Shown piece by piece: positions 58,724 through 64,000 of a stretch of 64,000 nt of DNA. The DNA lies in assembly GCA_964187785.1 (NCBI GenBank), contig OZ076411.1, forward strand, positions 8,990,001-9,054,000, written 5' to 3'. Both the position numbers and the translations under genes were made by a program. The stretch is from Amphiscolops sp. MND2022. Taxonomy: Eukaryota. Positions within the stretch are counted from its first letter, which is position 1; each line of letters opens with the position of its first letter. Under the pieces are notes generated by a model, which was not told the origin of the DNA, searched no databases, and worked only from the letters and a program-made list of their open reading frames with translations.

Positions 58724-61700
58724 ATGGGAACGAAACTGATTGGCATGTCGTTTTTTGAAAAATATTCTGTCAACCTGGACATTAAAAATCACATAGTCCA
58801 TTTCCCTAATCACATGATGTCAATGCAAGTGAGACAACAGACGAATAAGAAGTTCAAAACTGGATTAATTGATTTGTATTCCAGCTGCAGAACAATCATC
58901 CCTCCCCGCCATCAAGTACTGATTGAGGTCCACAGTGACGCGGACATATCACGTACAACTGGCACGGTCGAAGGGACTCCAGCATTCATGCGCAAGACGT
59001 GCCTCTTGGTGTCTCCAGCAGTGGTTGACCTAGACGATGGAAAAACGATGATTCAGGTCACCAACCCCAATGAGCACGTGTACACACTCGAGGCCAACAC
59101 GAACCTGGCCAATTTCAGAATACCAACGCCCCATCAAGCAGCCAACATAACGCCGATGCCAGTAGAGCACTTGAAGTTGATCACAGACCACCCCGAGGAT
59201 GCAGCAGCCGTGATCAATCAACTTTTTGTGAATCCTGAGATGAAGTCTACAAAATGGTACCCGACGCCAGAGACGTGTAGTGAGACAGACAAACTCAACC
59301 AGATCGAAAGACGCATTTTCGATGAGATTGTGGCTCTCAGAGAACTGGAGAAGCTCGATCCCGCCCGCTCCCATGACGAACGAGTCAAGTTCCTGCAGAA
59401 CTTCAAGTGGGACGAATCGCTTCTCTCTCCGTCTCAACAAGCTCAGGTAGAGGAGTTGCTGGTAAAGTACAACTCCATTTTTGCTAGACATCGTTTAGAC
59501 ATCGGCATGAATACTGATTTTAAGGTAAAACTAACTCCCCAGCATGAAGAACCAGTTTACTCTCAAAGTCTCCCTACTCCCACTAACCTAAAAGATGACT
59601 TGCTTGTAGAATTAGCGTTAATGCAGGAGTACGGGATTATAACTACTCTTCCTTACAGCAAATACTCTTCACCGATATTTGCACAACGTAAACCGAATGG
59701 TAAACTAAGGATTTTAGTTGACTTGCGGAGAATCAACCACCTGATCAAGAACGATTACGGAGAACATAACCACCCAGTTACAACTGTTGCAGACGCTGCT
59801 CAGCACATGGCCGGGAAAAAATACTTGTGTAAACTAGATTGTTCCCAGGCCTACCATTGCATTCCAATGGCCGATGAGCAGTCGATACAACTTTTGTCTT
59901 TTAATTTTGGATCACGTACCTTTGCCTTTCTTAGGCTAGCTCAAGGTCTTAACCGTTCTCTTTCAGCCTTCACGAGCGTAGTCCGTGAGTACTTGGACCC
60001 CTTGGTCAAAGCGGACCGCTGTGCCCAGTATGTTGACGACATAGGCATAGCAGCAAACACGCCTGATGAATTGATTGAAAATTTAGAACTTGTTTTTCAG
60101 CAGTTGACCAAAGCTGGATTGAAACTCAGCATGAATAAATGTGAATTTGGCCAACAGCAAATTGAATACCTTGGCAAATCTATTTCTAGCACCGGAATAG
60201 CACCCATCGAAAAACGAATAACAGATTATTTAAAAAAGCTCAAACCACCCAATTCAGTTAAAGCTCTCCAACGGTACTTAGGATTTGTCAACTTTTACAG
60301 GTCCTATATTCCCCGGTTGGCCGACAAAACAGCCGTTCTTCACGAGTTAATCAAAAAAGACACCATTTTTGAATTAGAACAACGCCACAAAGATGTAATT
60401 TTTGACATCAACGAAAGTTTACTCAAGGCTACTAAACTGTCATTGAAACTTCCCCTCCCGGACAAACAACTAGTAATCATGTGTGACGCGAGTGAGCATG
60501 CAGCAGGTTATGTCCTTCTGATAGAAGACTACTCTGAAACACAATCGGGTAGCTTAAAGAAGTACGCGCCAGTTGCCTTTGGCTCTAAGAAATTTCAGGG
60601 TGGACAGATGTCATTAACAATGTACGCCAAAGAGTTTTTGGCTATGCATTTCGCATTCGATGAGTTCGGTCACATTCTGTGGGGTTCGAAGAAGCCTATA
60701 ATTGTAATGACAGATAATAAAGCACTCACCCGTTTCTTTCAGGTCAAACACATACCACCGTCACTTTGGAATTTTTGCGACCAGACACTCCAGTTTAATT
60801 TTATTTTAGCACATGTACCAGGTATCGAGAATCCCGCGGCGGATTACCTATCCAGATTGGAAATTAGACCTGAAGAACGTGTTCATTTAAAATTAACTGA
60901 TTCCATTCCAGTCCATTACATAGAGATTGACATTGCCTCGAAGACGCCAAAGCAGGAGGACGATGAACCAGACTACTTCCCTCCAAGCGAACCACTGAGA
61001 CAGAGGAAGTCACACGATGTAAAAACGATGAAAGTGACCAACCCTGAGACAGTGATGCTCGACGATGGCAAACCGATGAAAACAGTTGACGTGAAGACGA
61101 CGACAATTAATGACGATGACAAAACGATGAATTGTGTAAAATCAGCACCACAGGCCTCTGAGAACGACCACACAAGCTGCCCTCAGATCTACCGACTCAT
61201 GACTGATGATCAATCACCAGTGTACACAAAATTCATCATTAAAACATCGTTACTAAACCCAGTAACGAAGGAGGTTAGCCCCTCCGGGGGAGTCGATCTA
61301 ATTTTAGCTCAAAAAACAAATAGCGACATACAACTGATGTTAAAAATTTTGTCTGGAGAAACTACCTTCAACCACTCTGTAAACTTGACGTCAACTTTTT
61401 TCCAAAAACTTCACAAAAATCGAAAACGCCTTGAAAATGTAAACGGAGTCCTGTACCGTATCTTTTATGACCATACAGGCCTTGAGTCCCATAAACAAAT
61501 TGTTGTACCTGAACAAGTGATGTTAGAAATAATCAGGTTTTTCCACAACAACCCCGTGCAGAGACACCCTGGTTCTAAAAAGATGCTACATGAACTACGA
61601 AAACGCTACTACTCTCCCAGTTTAGCCGAAAAAACACAAAAAATTCTAGAAAGTTGTGAAAATTGCATGCGATCAAAATCTACGAATGAATCAAACCTCC

Positions 61701-63148
61701 GCCCGCCGTTGCAGAAGATATACGATCCGTGTAACGGCCCTACTGACCTTCTGGAGATAGATATAGTTGGACCACTGCCCGCTTCGAACGGCTATACTCA
61801 CATTTTGACCGCAATCGACGTATTTTCGCGTTATATGTTTGCCGTACCACTGCGTAAACCTGACACAAAGTCTGTTATCAACGCCCTTCTGTCGGTATTC
61901 GCCAAACACGCATACGTTCCAACACACATCCTCACAGATAAAGGATCCGTTTTCACCGCTGAACTGTTCGAACAACTCACAAAAACCGCCGGCATTGAAA
62001 TCTCCCATGCAACGATAAAACATGCACAAACTATAGGCATGGTCGAGAGAAGTCATGCAAAACTTAAAAAGATTTTAAAAATACATGTAAATGTAGACAG
62101 ACCACAATGGGACCGCTATGTCGACATAGCAATCATGGCCCACAACACCACGTACCACGCTTCTCTGAAATGCTCACCAACTGAGATCTTTCACGGACGC
62201 ACTCCATACAACGCTTTGGACCTAAAATACTCTAACCCTGAAAGAAGAGTCGACACCAAATTTGGAGACGTCAACGAAATCTTAGACCGCATGAACGAAA
62301 TTTACCGAGACAACACCGACAACATAGTAGCTGCGTACCACAAGTACAAAGCTTACTATGACAGAAAAGCCAAAGCCCAACCTCTCAAGGTAAACGACTT
62401 TGTTTTCCTACTTGACCCCAAATACGACTCTCAGGGTTGTAAAGAAGAGTTCAAGACCTTCCACTGGAAGGGTCCGTTCAAAGTGATGAAAGTGCTATCC
62501 GACAGTAACTACATCATTCGGAAAGTAGGAACGTTCAAGACACAATGCGTTCATCGCATACGATTGAAAATTTTCAAACCAGAGTTCCCTGTAAAGGACG
62601 TAGACATTGGTAACCAACCAATATACGCTGACACGGATCGCACCGAAGATTCTGATATTTTCGACTCGCACGTACCGAGACAACCCGAAACAACCTCGGA
62701 ACCGGATGAGCCAGAAACTGATGAAGAAACACCAGTTGACAGAGTCATTCGACTAAGATCTCCAGATTACAGACAAGCAATCAGACGCGACAGACCGCTA
62801 AATCGACTACCGAACCGACTGTCGTTAACACCACAGCCAGAAATAGTCATAGACGACCCACCTCAAAATGTCCCACAGGTGCAGTTCAATAAAAACGATG
62901 AGATAATTCCACAAGATACCATTGAAGACACATCGAAACCGCCAGAACCATTAAAAATACCTACCAACTCCGAGACGCCCCAACAGGTGAACGATGACGA
63001 AACGCCAAATCTGATAGCAACAAGGACAAATAAAAGCAAATATAGTCTACGCGAAAACCCTCAGCCAAAACGCTACTCAGACTTTCTAATTCATGAAATC
63101 TCGACTGCTCGAAACGCTCTACGCAAAACAAACACCACTCTGCAATAG
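58724..63148 (+). CDS. pol: Pol: reverse transcriptase, RNase H, integrase
   Basis: SKYSSPIFAQRKPNGKLRILVDLRRIN, KLDCSQAYH, LAQGL, YVDD, MCDASEHAAG, TDNKAL, H..PVQRHPG...CENC, IDIVGP, DVFSRY, TDKGS, GMVER, WKGPFKV. Confidence 0.96.
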   Translation: MGTKLIGMSFFEKYSVNLDIKNHIVHFPNHMMSMQVRQQTNKKFKTGLIDLYSSCRTIIPPRHQVLIEVHSDADISRTTGTVEGTPAFMRKTCLLVSPAVVDLDDGKTMIQVTNPNEHVYTLEANTNLANFRIPTPHQAANITPMPVEHLKLITDHPEDAAAVINQLFVNPEMKSTKWYPTPETCSETDKLNQIERRIFDEIVALRELEKLDPARSHDERVKFLQNFKWDESLLSPSQQAQVEELLVKYNSIFARHRLDIGMNTDFKVKLTPQHEEPVYSQSLPTPTNLKDDLLVELALMQEYGIITTLPYSKYSSPIFAQRKPNGKLRILVDLRRINHLIKNDYGEHNHPVTTVADAAQHMAGKKYLCKLDCSQAYHCIPMADEQSIQLLSFNFGSRTFAFLRLAQGLNRSLSAFTSVVREYLDPLVKADRCAQYVDDIGIAANTPDELIENLELVFQQLTKAGLKLSMNKCEFGQQQIEYLGKSISSTGIAPIEKRITDYLKKLKPPNSVKALQRYLGFVNFYRSYIPRLADKTAVLHELIKKDTIFELEQRHKDVIFDINESLLKATKLSLKLPLPDKQLVIMCDASEHAAGYVLLIEDYSETQSGSLKKYAPVAFGSKKFQGGQMSLTMYAKEFLAMHFAFDEFGHILWGSKKPIIVMTDNKALTRFFQVKHIPPSLWNFCDQTLQFNFILAHVPGIENPAADYLSRLEIRPEERVHLKLTDSIPVHYIEIDIASKTPKQEDDEPDYFPPSEPLRQRKSHDVKTMKVTNPETVMLDDGKPMKTVDVKTTTINDDDKTMNCVKSAPQASENDHTSCPQIYRLMTDDQSPVYTKFIIKTSLLNPVTKEVSPSGGVDLILAQKTNSDIQLMLKILSGETTFNHSVNLTSTFFQKLHKNRKRLENVNGVLYRIFYDHTGLESHKQIVVPEQVMLEIIRFFHNNPVQRHPGSKKMLHELRKRYYSPSLAEKTQKILESCENCMRSKSTNESNLRPPLQKIYDPCNGPTDLLEIDIVGPLPASNGYTHILTAIDVFSRYMFAVPLRKPDTKSVINALLSVFAKHAYVPTHILTDKGSVFTAELFEQLTKTAGIEISHATIKHAQTIGMVERSHAKLKKILKIHVNVDRPQWDRYVDIAIMAHNTTYHASLKCSPTEIFHGRTPYNALDLKYSNPERRVDTKFGDVNEILDRMNEIYRDNTDNIVAAYHKYKAYYDRKAKAQPLKVNDFVFLLDPKYDSQGCKEEFKTFHWKGPFKVMKVLSDSNYIIRKVGTFKTQCVHRIRLKIFKPEFPVKDVDIGNQPIYADTDRTEDSDIFDSHVPRQPETTSEPDEPETDEETPVDRVIRLRSPDYRQAIRRDRPLNRLPNRLSLTPQPEIVIDDPPQNVPQVQFNKNDEIIPQDTIEDTSKPPEPLKIPTNSETPQQVNDDETPNLIATRTNKSKYSLRENPQPKRYSDFLIHEISTARNALRKTNTTLQ

Positions 63149-63189
63149 AAAACGAGAGGAAAAACATGTAAACGACAATCTCACATCAA

Positions 63190-64000
63190 AACGATGGTTA
63201 AATAACACTCCATCGTGAGGAAACAGTGAAATTACCAGGAACGATGTAAAACCGATGGAACATTTCCATCGGTACCACATCGCTTACAAAACACATAAAA
63301 TTCAAGTGAGTTTAATGATGGTTCACACCCATCGTTTTCTCATCCCCAGCTTCTCTTCGACCATACCACAAAATCATACAGTTTCCACGACCTACCTGTT
63401 AATAATTCGAAGGCTTCGCCTCGTGTTAACATCTGCTTAACGACACTCAGTCGATGAAAAACTCAATCAGTGATTACCGACTACTCGATGGCCATTAGAC
63501 AATCCATCACCCTTGCACAAAAATTATCACATCAAGATGTAAAAGAGATGGATTTTCTCCATCACTTCTACATCCACTTTCTCTCTACACTACCTTCAGT
63601 CAAAAGAGAATAATCCTCAATCGTCAACAGACCACAGGCCTTACCTTGGGTTGACATTCGGTTCATTACCGCCCTGATTGAGGACACCGAAAAGATACAA
63701 CTGCTATTCAGAGGCTAAAGCACCAACAGACACACGTTGATGAAAAAACGATGGAAATCTTTCATCGTTAGTTCATCGCCACAACTCCCCAACACAAAAT
63801 TACCTAGTTATTAGACGACGATGGAATACCGATGATAATAGTTCATCGGTTACTCATCGCTTCTAGAATTTCCAACCCAAAATGAACGAGTCAATATCTA
63901 ACGATAGAGAAACGATGAAAATGTTTCATCGTTCTCACATCGCTGCATCCACAATCAGGCTAGACAAACAAGCTCACCACGACGATGCCAAAACGATGGA
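63190..64000. repeat. Array of dyad-symmetric CGATG-N6-CGATG / CATCG-N6-CATCG units in the Gypsy 3' region
   Basis: Units start at 63242, 63535, 63738, 63819, 63902 and 63983; the last four have an 81-83-bp period. Confidence 0.82.

Larger units (their letters stand above)
56521..64000 (+). mobile_element. Near-intact Gypsy/Ty3 LTR retrotransposon; 3' LTR outside window, 5' boundary undefined
   Basis: gag-pro-RT-RNaseH-IN order, with only two lesions seen (TGA 57838; frameshift ~58690). Confidence 0.95.

Noticed and set aside
56734-63167. Minus-strand ORFs overlapping gag/pol (e.g. 59030-59491, 61691-62056)
   Set aside because: Shadow ORFs of long coding frames with no motifs.
63190-64000. 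CRISPR array call
   Set aside because: Eukaryotic retroelement context, repeats are degenerate rather than identical, spacers are partly related, and no cas genes; kept only as a structural finding.

Overview
Repeat-dense eukaryotic (metazoan-like) genomic DNA with spliceosomal introns; no prokaryotic operons and no true CRISPR. (1) 1-~16,956: a decayed Polinton/Maverick (adintovirus-like) endogenous DNA virus on the + strand. It carries protein-primed PolB, accessory ORFs, packaging ATPase, rve integrase, penton, a basic core-like protein, double-jelly-roll major capsid and adenain protease; all six hallmark genes carry stops or frameshifts. (2) 18.6-23.6 kb: LTR-retroelement debris, with a gag carrying a -1 frameshift signal but no pol, a 47-bp hairpin array, a PPT and an LTR. 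(3) 26,474-54,493: a minus-strand host gene that I reconstructed as 15 phase-compatible exons (~926 aa, coiled-coil, C-terminal CAP-Gly domain). Its introns contain MITEs, a foldback-like element, an old Gypsy element, a tRNA-derived SINE head and Helitron/Helentron-like repeats. (4) 56.5-64 kb: a nearly intact Gypsy element (gag, -1 frameshift, pro, pol), truncated by the window end. The most unusual signal is a bipartite motif CGATG-N6-CGATG (11-bp period). It recurs about 19 times in and around this Gypsy element, often as inverted dyads separated by variable spacers, and also inside two coding linkers. All assignments come from motif recognition by eye; no searches were run.
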